From contig CM059433.1 of the NCBI GenBank assembly GCA_030390025.1, positions 3,410,001 through 3,474,000 on the forward strand: a DNA stretch of 64,000 nt, read 5' to 3'. The translations under genes and the position numbers were made by a program. The notes beneath the pieces are model-generated. The model was not told the origin of the DNA, ran no database searches, and was given only the letters and a program-made list of their open reading frames with translations. Positions within the stretch are counted from its first letter, which is position 1, and every line of letters starts with the position of its first letter. Origin of the DNA: Squalus acanthias (lineage: Eukaryota). Positions 51,382 through 62,790 of this stretch are shown here, one piece after another.

Positions 51382-54300
51382 ATCTTCCAAATGCAACTGC
51401 AATTCCAACTCCAATGCCAATGAGGTGCTGCTGCATCACAGCACCTCCCCTTTAAGTAGTGGAGAAGGCCTCGGCCAAACATTACTGGCCAATAGACTGC
51501 ACCCGATACTGGCCCACCTGTTGAGCGCTAAGCTAATCAGCAGCGTGTTTAGCTCTGAGATCAGCGCTGCAATCATTATAATGAGCAGGCAGCACGAATT
51601 TCACGTGCTGTGCTGCACTACTTTGAACGGGCGCAGCCAAATAGCCCGTTTTTGGGCCATATCCAATTTCTAGGCCATTGCTTTTAAAAGCCTGAAGATT
51701 GTAGAAAGGAAAGGCTGAGCCATAAGGCTTTCTGCAGTCTTGAGTACTGGGAAATGATAACTTAGAGGAGGAGACAAACTGAGGCTGGAAAGGCCGGCAT
51801 GCTCCAAAGAAATCTGCTCCGACCTGCAAATGCAATGCGTGCTTGAGCTTTGCCTCTACATTTTGCACTTGTTTTTTTTTAATTGGGTCAAATGTTTTTT
51901 TACGAAGCACTGAGTAGCCTTGACCTTTCTACTATTTATATAATCCTCATCTTGCATAATTGCATCTTCACTAGGCAGCGGTAAGAATAAAACAAGGCAA
52001 TTGGGCAGAGCTCGGGTAAGTAGGCTAAATTCTGATGATGCTTACAAAAGCTGATTAGTAGCAGCCCTGTACCTAGTGCTACTTACCTTCCTCACGTATT
52101 GTTCCTGATCCATCCAGGATACTGACAGTATAATAGATTACAGGACCTGTGCATGCTCTCTGGCAAGCCAGACTGCTGATGGAGTGAGTCATGCAGTTGA
52201 ACAGTGTAAACAAACGATTTAGAATGAATGGAAATCTTACCAAGGTACAGAATTAACACAAGCTTAGTCTTAGCAAGATATATGAATTAGGCTTTTGTGT
52301 ATTACGTTCTCAAACACTCTTTCAAGCACCGAATGTCCGCTGCAGCTTTTAAAATATTCTATCACGTAAACACTCCGAAAATTAGTTTCTTTAAAAATAT
52401 TGGATGTTTAGTTAAAAGAAAGACCACAAGGAATCTCTAAAGTTTTATTCAAATTCTTTCAATCGCAGTAAGATCTGAATCAAACTTAAGAATGGTTAGG
52501 GGCTAAAACCTCTCTCGTTTCTGCGGCATGGATTTACTGTTTGTAAATTGGACATTCTTTGGACTTCTTGAAAGCTTCAGTGTTCTGGAGAAAAAAGGGA
52601 TGAGCCTGAAAATGAAAGGGTGCTGTTTAGATTCGGTGTGGTAGATTCTCCAATCAGACATCCATTATTAGCAGCACTTCAACCATTCGTGTGCTCCTCA
52701 CACCTGATTTTGTGAGGTCAGCTTCATTTGCATAGCGTGGGGACGCTCCTGGCTCCATTTTGAGCATCACATTGGGAGCTTGTCAGAGGCGCAGGAGATG
52801 GTGTGTAAGCAATTCTTGGAGGGTTGCTTAACTAGCTGTTCACAATGGGTGATGCGTAAATGTAAAGGGATTGAGCCACCGGAAGTATGCGCCGCCACAG
52901 ACACGCGCTCTCGACCTCTCTCTTCAGCAGCACCGACTCACTCTATCTCAAAACGGTCCTGGTCCGCAGTTCCATTTCATCCTTCACCTCATCTGGCGCT
53001 TTAACAATAAGCTTTTTTCATTCCTTTCAGGTGTCAAGGATCGTAAGCTTCAACAACTCTTGGACACCAACACCCCTGTGGAACCTTCTTCCCCTTCACT
53101 TTCCTCTGACCCCGTCCCTTGTTCCAATCTCACCCCCTGCCTGTGTTTTCAATATCCCCTCTGACCTTCCCCTCTCTGACCCCGAACGATCAGTCCTCAG
53201 CAAAGGCCTCAGCCTTATCCCCTTACACCCCCACCTCAATGAATTTCAAGCTCGACATGATGCTGAGCTCTTCGTCCGTCACCTTCGCCTCCGTGCCCAC
53301 TTCTTTGGCCAGGAGTCTTCCCCCTGCACAGCAGACCTTTTCTCCCATCTTCAGAATTCTTGTTCTACCTGGACCCCTCCCTCTGGTCTCTTACCCTCTC
53401 TAGATCTTTTCATTGGGAACTGACGGTACGACATCAGCCGTCTCAATTTCACTGCTCCCCTCACAAACTCCAACCTACCTTCCTCTGAACTTGCAGCACT
53501 CCGTTCTCTTAGATCCAACCCTTACATTGTCATTAAACCTGCTGACAAGGGCAGGCGCTGTTGTTGGTTGGCGAACAGACCTCTATCTTGTGGAGGCTGA
53601 ACGTCAACTCTCTGATACCTTCTCCTATCTCCTCGACCCCACCACTGAACATCAAGTCATCGTTTCCCAGACCATCACTGACCTCATCTCCTCTGAAGAT
53701 CTTCCCCACCACTACGGCTTCCAACCTCATAGACCTCCAACCCCGCACTGCCCGCTTCTACCTCCTTCCCAAGCTCCACAAACAGGACTGCCCTGGTAGA
53801 TCCATCATTTCAGCCTGTTCTTGACCCACGGAAATTAATTTTTCTCACCTTGTTCAGTCTCCTCTGACCTACATCCACAACTCTTCCGACGCCCTCCACC
53901 ACTTTAACAATTTCCAGTTCCCTGGACCTAACTGTCTTATTTTCACCATGGACATCCAGTCCCTCTACACATCCATCCCCCACCAGGACGGTCTTTGAGC
54001 CCTCCGCTTCTTCCTTGAACAGAGGCCCGACCAGTCCCCATCCACTACCACCCTCCTCCGCCTGGCTGAACTTGTTCTCACATTGAACAACTTCTCCTTT
54101 GACTCCACTCACTTCCTCCAAATTAAAGGTGTCGCTATGGGAACCCACATGGGCCCTAGCTATGCCTGCCTTTTCGTTGGGTTTGGGGAACACTCTTTGT
54201 TCCAGTCCTACTCAGGTCCCCTCCCTCACCTCTTTTTCCGGTACATTGATGACTGTATCGGTGCCGTTTCCTGCTCTCGCCCTGCACTGGAAAACTTCAT

Positions 54301-55087
54301 CAACTTTTCTTCAAATTTCCACCCCATCCCTTGCCTTCACATGGTCCATCTCCAACTCTTCCCTTCCCTTTCTCAACTTCGCTATCTCCATTTCTGCTGT
54401 CCACCAATATCTACTACTCCTGCAGCTACATTGACTACACTTCCTCCCACCCCGCTTCCTATCAGGACTCTATTCCATTCTCCCAGTTTCTCTGTCTCCG
54501 TCGCAACTGTTCTGACGATGCCACCTTCCACACCAATACTTCAATATTTCTTCCTTTATCCTCAACCGAGGATTCCCCTCCACTGTCATTGACAGGGCCC
54601 TCGACCGTGTCCGTCCCAATTCCCGCACTTCTGCCCTCACCGCCCTCCCTCCCAGAACCACGATAGAGTCCCCCTTGTCTTCACCTTCCACCCCACCAGC
54701 AACTACATTCAACAAATCATCCTTCGCCATTTCCGCCACCTCCAGTGCGATGCCACCACCAAACATATCTTTCCCACCCCTTTCAGCATTCCGAAGAGAC
54801 CGCTCCCTCTGCGACACCCTGGTCCACTCCTCTATCACACCCAATACCTCCTCCCCTTCCCACGGCACTTTCCCGTGCAAACGCAGGAGATGCAATGCCT
54901 ACCCTTTCACCTCCTCCCTTCCCACCAACCAGGTTGTCCAATTACCATCCTCTTTTGCCTCACACCATCGTCCCTTTTGTCAATGAGTCGCTCCTGCCCT
55001 CCACCCTATCACAGACCTTCCCCTATGTTCTTTCCTCCCCTCCCCACCCCCCAACCCTTTTTCCGTGCCTTTGTACTTGTTTATAAA

Positions 55088-55646
55088 ACGTTAACGGGAG
55101 GCGTCCTGATATCGCCTCCTGGAGGTGGTTCCGCCCCCTGCAGCATCGCCGGGCGAAAATACCGACAGCTGCGGGAGGCGTTGATCGGGAGGCCGGGCGT
55201 TTCCGGGCGGAAGTTAAAGGGGAGGTTGCCGAGGTAAGTAGGAAAATTTCTAAAATGCTTTTTTTCAATGTTTTTTACTTCTCCTGGGCTGCGATCGATC
55301 GGCCCGGTGCTCTGCCGGAGTGCGCGGGGCTGATCAGGCCGGACCGCGGCTGCCGTCAGGGACCAGCTAACTGATCTCAGTGCAGAACCGGCAGCGATGG
55401 GCCTTCCCTTTAAGTGAGGGAAGGAGCCTCGGATCGCGGGGTGCACGGGACATCGTACGGCGCTACACCACTACCGCCCCACCCGCGTCCGTTAGCACGC
55501 CAGGAAGGAAGCGGAGTGCTTGATTTAGCTCCACTTCCTTCCTGGAGCACAAACACCGAATTTACAGAAAGCTGGGAATCATTAGCGCCTGGGGCTAAGT
55601 TTCCCAGCTTTCAAAAGTTATCGCCCCCCAACCGAATTTCTAGCCC
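55088..55646. mobile_element. CpG-rich Harbinger-type MITE; only the right TIR is clear
   Basis: Ends ccgaatttctagccc; interrupts the Penelope 3' region. Confidence 0.6.
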
Positions 55647-55665
55647 TAAATCTCTAACTTCTTCC

Positions 55666-55702
55666 GGTTCTGATGAAAGGTCATCGAGCCGAAATGTCAG
55701 CC
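55666..55702 (+). ncRNA. Degenerate minimal hammerhead ribozyme motif in the Penelope 3' region
   Basis: ggtt-CTGATGA-aaggtcatcgagcc-GAAA-tg-TC-agcc. Confidence 0.6.
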
Positions 55703-55704
55703 CC

Positions 55705-56370
55705 ATTGACTGGAGCGGGTTTTCTGAGCAGTGGGGAGGAGTTGTGGGCCTAACATGGGCCTTTGTTTTCCTGCAGGTTCCCCGCCCGGAAGCCAGCCTG
55801 GTTGATAGGTTTGGGTCCCTGTCGGCCGGGGAATGCTCCAGAGGTGGCCACTGCCCAGGAGCAGGTAGGGAGCCGACTGCTGGGCTCGTGATAGCATGCG
55901 GTGGGGGGAGGGGGTCCGAATCTTGGGGGCGCTCCGGTCCTGGGGCGGGGTTTGGGGATCCTGGAGGGGAGGTCGATGGTCCTGGGGCGGGGTTTGGGGA
56001 TCCTGGAGGGGAGGTCGATGGTCCTGGGGCGGGGTTTGGCGATCCTGGGGAGTGGCGAGGGGGGAGGTCGGTGATTCAGGGTGGTGGAGGAAGCAAGTTA
56101 GCTTCGCGGGCCAGGAGGAAGCACTGCTGCTCCTCCTGGTCCCCAAGCAGTGCTGGAAACCCGGCCGGCCAGGGAGACAGATATAATGTGAGGCAGGCAG
56201 CCTCATTATAATATTTAAATGACCAACCCACTGGAGCAGGCTGGTCCCGCCTCTGTTCAAACCGGAAGTGGGTGGGTTCAAGGTGGGTTGGGTTCGGGTT
56301 TGAGGTTTTTAAAATTTTGACATCCCACCTGAGCCAAAAAGCACCCATTTTCGGGGGTTAAATTTCCCCC
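55705..56370. mobile_element. Harbinger-type MITE fragment with a G-rich tandem repeat
   Basis: Ends gggggttaaatttccccc; Penelope sequence resumes at ~56372. Confidence 0.6.
55936..56072. repeat. 42-bp G-rich tandem repeat, ~3 copies
   Basis: ggtcctggggcggggtttggggatcctggaggggaggtcgat at 55936, 55978 and 56020 (diverged). Confidence 0.9.
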
Positions 56371-56450
56371 ATTAATTCCGTTTCTCTCCTCGATGCTGCC
56401 CGACCTGCTGAGCATTTCCAGCATTTTCTGCTTTTGTTAAAAGTATCAGA

Positions 56451-56855
56451 TTTGGCTCATTAGTCGCACTCTTACCTTTCAGTAGGAAGGCCGTGGGTTA
56501 AAAGCCCCTTGCCAGGACTGAGTGCACAAGCTATGTTGATACTGAGCGGGGCGGGGCATTGTCCGAGGTGACATATTAAAAACAAGGTTGTAAAAGATCC
56601 TATGGCCCGATTTGAAGAAGAGCAGGGGAGTTGTCCTTGGCCACATTTATCCCTCAACTGACACCAATGAAAACCGATTAAGCGGTTATTCATCTCATTG
56701 CTTTTCGTGGGACATTGCTGTACAAAAAATTGGCTGCCACATATACCTACAGTACAACAATCACTACATTTTCAAAGTAATTCATTGACTGTGAAACTTT
56801 CTGGAATGTACTGAAGGTGTGAAAGGCACGATATAAATAGCTGTCCTTTCTTTCT
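56451..56855 (+). mobile_element. DeuSINE-like SINE, diverged
   Basis: Reverse-complement similarity to 45804-46256 from head to tail. Confidence 0.78.
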
Positions 56856-56904
56856 TAAAGGGAAGTAGCCGTGTTGGGGGATAAAATGGCTGGTTGTAAT
56901 TATA

Positions 56905-57111
56905 ATGTGGAGATGCCGGTGTTGGACTGGGGTGGACAAAAATGAGAAGTCGCAAAACACCAGGTTATAGTCCAACAGATTTATTTGAAATCACAAGCTT
57001 TCGGAGCGGCTGCTCCTTCGTCACTTTACCTGACGAAGGAGCAGCGCTCCGAAAGCTCGTGATTTCAAATAAAACTGTTGGACTATAACCTGGTGTGCGA
57101 CTTCTCACATT
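56905..57111 (-). mobile_element. Palindromic Penelope-pLTR mini-element, copy B
   Basis: Same arms as copy A with the tail on the left; TSD tggttgtaatta(t/c)a at 56891-56904 and 57112-57125. Confidence 0.92.
57026..57062 (+). ncRNA. Minimal hammerhead ribozyme motif
   Basis: ttac-CTGACGA-a-ggagc-agc-gctcc-GAAA-gc-TC-gtga. Confidence 0.75.
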
Positions 57112-57574
57112 TGGTTGTAATTACAAAGCGGTCTAATATTTTTATTGCATATATATTTCAGCCTTTTGCGGAAGTTGTTTGGGTAATAAAAATGGCTGGC
57201 ATCATCAATGGGGAGGCAGGAAACCTAGTCTGTGGCCAACTGATGCAACAGCCCAACCGCCCAACCTCTGTTCCACGGACGGCAAAGTGAAAATGGTGAA
57301 GAATAAGGTGGCAGTGATGATGGTGGCCTTGCTTTCCACTCCTGGGTGCCCTTTTCACTGGGCAGCGTGGCAGCATGTCTAGAAGGCGGTAGCTTGCCAG
57401 GTAGCTGTGGCTGGGAGGGGACCAGATAGGTGGCGGGAGATTCTGCATCCTCTGATTACAATTTGGCATCCCTCCATTGTTTCTCCTGTCTTCCTCCAAA
57501 GCACGCAACTGACCTGAAGGAGGAATATTTTTTCAATTTGCTCTTGTAATTTTTTCGTAAGTTTTTAATGAAGT

Positions 57575-58697
57575 TTAGAAACATAGAAAAATAGGAGCAG
57601 GAGTAGGCCATTCGGCCCTTCGAGCCTGCTCCGCCATTCAATATGATCATGGCTGATCCTCTATCTCAATACCATATTGCCGCTCTCTCCCCATACCCCT
57701 TGATGCCTTTTGTGTCTAGAAATCTATCTATCTCATAAGAACATAAGAAATAGGAGCAGGAGGAGGCCATTCGGCCCTTCAAGCCTGTTCCGCCATTCAA
57801 TGAGATCATGGCTGATCTTCTGCCTCAACACCATTCACCGGCCCTATCGCCATTTCCCTTGATGCCCTTACTAGTCAGAAATCTATCGACTTCTGTTTTG
57901 AATATACCCAATGACTGAGCCTCCACAGCCCTCTGGGGTAGAGAATTCCAAAGATTCACCACCCTCTGTGTGAAGAAATTTCTCCTCATCTCAGTCCTAA
58001 ATGTCCTACCCCGTATCCTGATACTGTGACCCCTCGTTCTAGACCCCCCAGCCAGGGGAAACATCCTCCCTGCATCCAGTCTGTCTAGCCCTGTCAGAAT
58101 TTTATACGTTTCAATGAGATCCCCTCTCATTCTTCTAAACTCTAGTGTATACAGGCCTAGTCAACCCAATCTCTCCTCATACGACAGTCCTGCCATCCCA
58201 GGAACCAGTCTGGTGAACCTTCGCTGCACTCCCTCTATGGCAAGTATATCCTTTCTTAGGTAAGGAGACCAAAACTGCACACAGTACTCCAGGTGTGGTC
58301 TCACCAAGGCCCTGTACAACTGTAGTAAGACATCCTTGCTCCTGTACTCAAATCCTCTTGCAATGAAGGCCAACATACCATTTGCCTTCCTAACTGCTTG
58401 CTACACCTGCATGTTTGCTTTCAGTGACTGGTGTACAAGGACACCCAGGTCCCTTTGTACATCAGCTTTTCCCAATCTATCACCATTTAAATAATACTCT
58501 GCCTTTCTGTTTTTCCTACCGAAGTGGATAACTTCACATTTATCCACGTTATACTGCATCTGCCATGTATTTGCCCACTCACTCAACTTGTCTAAATCGC
58601 CTTGAAGCCTCTTTGCATCCTCCTCACAACTCACAATCCCACCTAGATTTGTATCGTCAGCAAACTTGGAAATACTACATTTGGTTCCCTCATCCAA
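57575..58697 (-). mobile_element. Chimeric CR1 with two 3' ends
   Basis: ORFs 58401-58697, 58161-58376 and 57825-58130; tails at ~57735 and ~57576. Confidence 0.93.
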
Positions 58698-58879
58698 ATT
58701 TGTTTGAAAGTGTCATTGTTGATGTAATTGTGACTTGGTGTCTTTTCATGACATTTGAATGGAGAAGAGTAACAGCAGCAGTGTGCTACAGGCTCACCTC
58801 AGGACACTTGAAAGTGGTTCTGTAAAGAAGAGCTATCACTGCTTCCTGATATCACGTACATCGTATAATATAGCATCGG

Positions 58880-59628
58880 CGACTTAAATTTCTGACTTTG
58901 GGACTCATTGGGGTCGCCCTTCGACTACCGCCCGAAGCAGGTGTAAAGCCGCTGGAGCGGCTGTGCTGAGCGCCCGATGCTGGTGTTGGGGAGGCCCGAG
59001 ATATTTTCAGTTTGGACTGTCAGCTGTGGGCGCCCAGTGCAGCTTGCCAGTTGGGCGGGGGAGGGAAATCGTGTTGGTTCCCACACTGAGCCAGCCTGCA
59101 GATCGGGTCTGGGGGGGGAGGGGTGGGGTGTGGGGGGGAGGGGCGTGGCAGGGCGGGGCAGGGGGTGGGGTGGGGGGGGAGGGGGCGGGGTGGGGGGGGA
59201 GGGGGCGGAGGAGTGGTGCGTGGCGGGGCGTGGCGGGGCGTGGGGGGGGGTCGTTCTTGCTCCTCCTGTCCCCAGAAAATGATGAATGAAACATTTCCTG
59301 GGCCACTTTCTGAGCGGCCTCCAGCTGCTCCTTTAAGGGACAAACGGGCGGTGCATGTGTGCGCGTGTTTTCTGCGTGCTCCACCCTTTTTGTGGCTAAA
59401 ATTGCAATTGGGGTCTTACAGCCAGCGTAGGACCCCGATTTGCAAATGTAGGCAGCCTGCCACCTGTTTGAGGCAAGTGGGCCACCCACCCATTTACAGG
59501 CCCACAGGATTAGTTATTTCAGACGGGCCTCGGGCATCAATGAGTCAGCCGAGGTCCTTCCCCCAGTTCCGATTTTCAAACGCCGTCCGTCGATTTTTTC
59601 AGGCAGCCAGCCAGTTAAAATTCGGCCC
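58880..59628. mobile_element. Harbinger-type MITE with an internal G-rich tract
   Basis: Right end agttaaaattcggccc, left end degenerate; an inverted partial relative lies at 60290-60425. Confidence 0.6.
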
Positions 59629-60583
59629 ATTCCACAAGTAGAAATACAATTAACATTACAAACCTCACGCCACTGAATGAAACTACTTAGCAGTAAAAGT
59701 ACCCACGTTAATACATATTGATATTATTCAATGTTTGTGCTGTCTGTGAGTCCCGGAGCTGGGACTGGAACCCGCTTCATCAAAAACGATTGAATGGAAG
59801 AACTACTTTCCAAATTAAATGCTTGACTTTCACCCAATGGGAGTATTTAAGCACACATAATAGTCCCAGTTATAATTACCAACAAAATTACCATCGAGAG
59901 CTCCACAGTTATTCTAATACATTTCACAGCAGATGTGCTGCGTAGCTCTTGAATAACAACATTAATCTCATATTTGAGGAGAGGCCGATGCAACTCACGC
60001 CCCCCTGTGCTGTGAAGAAATGATTGGATTCCTATTTTGTGTGGGAAGCTGGTTCCATTTCCAGCTCAGTGACTCACCGATACTGCAAACATCGAACAAT
60101 ATTAATACAAGTCAACGTTGTGCCTTTCCTGTGGAGCAGCAGGTGCAACACTGGAGCAGGAAGTGCGTGCAACTATAACACGCTGGCAAGCTGAATGTGT
60201 ATTTTCTTTTTAACACTTAATTTATCTTTAACAGCCACCGATTTTCAGGTACAAATGGGTGGAGCGCCGCCACAAACGCACCGCCATTTGTACCTTAAAG
60301 GAACCGCTGGAGAACGCTCAGAAAATGGCGCAGGATATTTGACATTTTCTGGGGCCAGGAGGAGCTGGGTCGTCCCTCTACCCCAGACATGACCTGCTGG
60401 CCTGCTCAGTGTGGGAACCGACAGGATATATCGAGATGTATGAACCTAAACTGAGAAATAGTAAATATTTGTTCCTCAAAGGATCCAACACACCGGGCCA
60501 GAATTTTCTGCTAATGTAACAGTGCGTTTAATGGTGCTCGCTGTTATTAATGTGTAAATCACCCAGCAACTTGTGGCAAGGAA

Positions 60584-60765
60584 GAACATAAGAACATAAA
60601 AAATAAGAGCAGGAGTCGGCCATTCAGCCCCTCGAGCCTGCTCCGCCATTCAATGAGATCATGTCTGATCATTGATCTCAACTCCACTTTCCCGCCCCAT
60701 CTCCATATCCCTTGATTCCCTTACAGTCCAAAAATCTATCTATCTCAGCCTTGAATATACTCAAC
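60584..60765 (-). mobile_element. CR1 3' end interrupted by a Harbinger insertion
   Basis: gaacataagaacata tail, 3' UTR and SIFKAEIDRFL. Confidence 0.9.
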
Positions 60766-61443
60766 GGGCTCGATTTTGCCAGGCCCAAGGAGGCGGGATT
60801 GGAGGCAAAAAATGGCGTGCGGATCCGATCCCGCCTCCAGCCCGCCTCTGAGCAATTTTGCCAAAACCGGGGTTTCAGACCCCGTTTCCATCCCGCCTCC
60901 AAGAGGTGGGATAGGCCCTTAAGGCCCTTAACAACCAGTTAAGTGCCTCTATAATCCCATTTTGAGAGGCCTTTCTGAATTTAACACATTTCCCCCGTGC
61001 TGCACGTCTTCTCTGGAACACGCCAGTTAATCCTGGCGGGCTCACAAGTGGATTGCTTACTAACAGCTGCAGCTCCACCATTAAAGAGTTTTCAGCAATC
61101 ATCATTTGCAGGTGGCAGAACTTTGTTGTCTGAGGTCTGGGGGAGCTTTTAGCAGGCATACTCATTGTTGTGGAAGTTTGGAGCCTGAGACCCATCTCCA
61201 GTGTGACCTCCTGGGAAACCCCACTCCCCACCTTGACTGAGCGCTTCCTCAACTGAGGCATATACCAGAAGCATGGGAACCATTTATTTCCTTTCCTCCT
61301 GGACATCAGATTCAGACGAAGACCAGCCGTGGCAGCAGCAGCACCCGGAACAATAGCAGCACCCGGAACAACAGGAGCAATAACAGGAGCTCCAAGCTGC
61401 TGCTCACCCACCTGAAGCTGCACAGGCCAGAAGGCGCCAGTGC

Positions 61444-62522
61444 ATGGAAGCACATCGCCGCAGGAGATACCCCCAAAACAGGGTTTACAGACAGAGGATG
61501 AGCTACCTCAACATGACTGAGCAGCAGTGCCAAAGGAGGCTCAGACTTTCGCGAGAGGTAGTGGGTGACATCTGCGCAATGCTGCAACAAGACCTGGAGC
61601 CCAGAGGACCAGGTGGACACCCCTTACCAGTGGCCGTCAAAGTCACCACCGCACTCAACTTTTTTGCTTCAGGCTCATTCCAGGGATCAACAGCAGACAT
61701 CAGCGGCGTCTCCCAGGCGGCCGCACACACTTGCGTCACGCAGGTAACCGATGCCCTCTTTGCCATCGCTCATAATTACATCAATTTCTCCAAGGAACAA
61801 GCAAGTGTAACCGCGCGTGCAGTTGGGTTTAACAATCTGGCAGGCTTTCCAAGGGTGCAGGGCGTCGTAGACTGCACACATGTGGCCCTTAAGGCACCCC
61901 CTCAAAATCCAGGTATTTCTGTCAACCGCAAGGGCTCCCACTCCCTCAACGTGCAGCTGGTGTGTGACCACAAGAAGGAAATTTTGCATGTTTGCGCCAA
62001 GTACCCTGGCAGTTGCCATGACTCCTTCATTCTGCGGCAGTCTAGTGTGCCTCCGCTCTTCAGTCCGCCAGACCAACTTTTCGGATAGCTACTTGAAGAC
62101 AAGGGCTATCCCTGAAGACGTGGCTAATGACGCCGTTGAGGAGCCCTTCCAACGAGGAGCGCTACAACTCCAGCCACATTTCCACCAGATCCATAATCGA
62201 GCAAACCATCGGCGTGCTGAAGATACGATTCAGATGCCTGGATAGATCAAGTGGAGCCCTGCAGTACTCAGCAGCCAGGGTCTCCAGAATCATCGTGGTC
62301 TGCTGTGCACTTCACAACATGGCACAGCATCGTGGCTTGCAGCTGCTTGAGGAACAAGTGGCTCATCACATAGCCTCCTCAGATGAGGAGGAGGAGGAGG
62401 AGGAGGAGGAGGAGAGCGACAACGAACAGCTTGCGGAGATACATCAACCAGCGCCAGCAGCACGCGAGCACATTGCTGCCCGGGATGCAAGGGACGCACT
62501 CATCCTGGCCAGATTTGCTTAG
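61444..62522 (+). pseudogene. Harbinger DDE transposase with a stop and frameshift at ~62086-62115
   Basis: [67 protein letters not shown], acidic tail. Confidence 0.95.
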
Positions 62523-62790
62523 CCTGCCCAATCAAACACTTTTGCCTCGCACCTTCTTACCACACCATCGACAATGGCCAAGAACCTGTGGATTCCCATC
62601 ACTTTGACCACCATACTGACAATTGCAAGTCGCCCTAAGCCCTCAAAGTGGAAGCCCCATTTGCGAAATGACACAGGCCACAACTTCAACTGTTTGCATC
62701 AAGTTTTTTTATCATATCAAATCATGGATGGCTTTTCAAAAATAAACACAACATTACACCCAAGTGACTACCCTTGTGACTACTTGTGCT

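Larger units (their letters stand above)
46308..51676. mobile_element. Full-length PIF/Harbinger DNA transposon (decayed)
   Basis: Perfect 15-bp TIR ggcctagaaattgga at 46308-46322 and 51662-51676; flanks atg/att; convergent transposase and Myb genes. Confidence 0.95.
52860..56440 (+). mobile_element. Penelope-like retroelement (second family), decayed, internally deleted, with MITEs in its 3' end
   Basis: ERSVLSKGLS, RFYLLPKLHK, GVAMGTHMGPSYACLFVG, FFRYIDD, GTFPCKRRRC; 3' end gatgctgcccgacctgctgagcatttccagcattttctg at 56392-56430. Confidence 0.92.

Noticed and set aside
52087..52146. Possible 60-bp minus-strand exon (PVIYYTVSILDGSGTIREE)
   Set aside because: Good donor but weak acceptor; peptide not recognised.
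57158..57508. Possible decayed Harbinger transposase N-terminus
   Set aside because: Resemblance too weak to call by eye.
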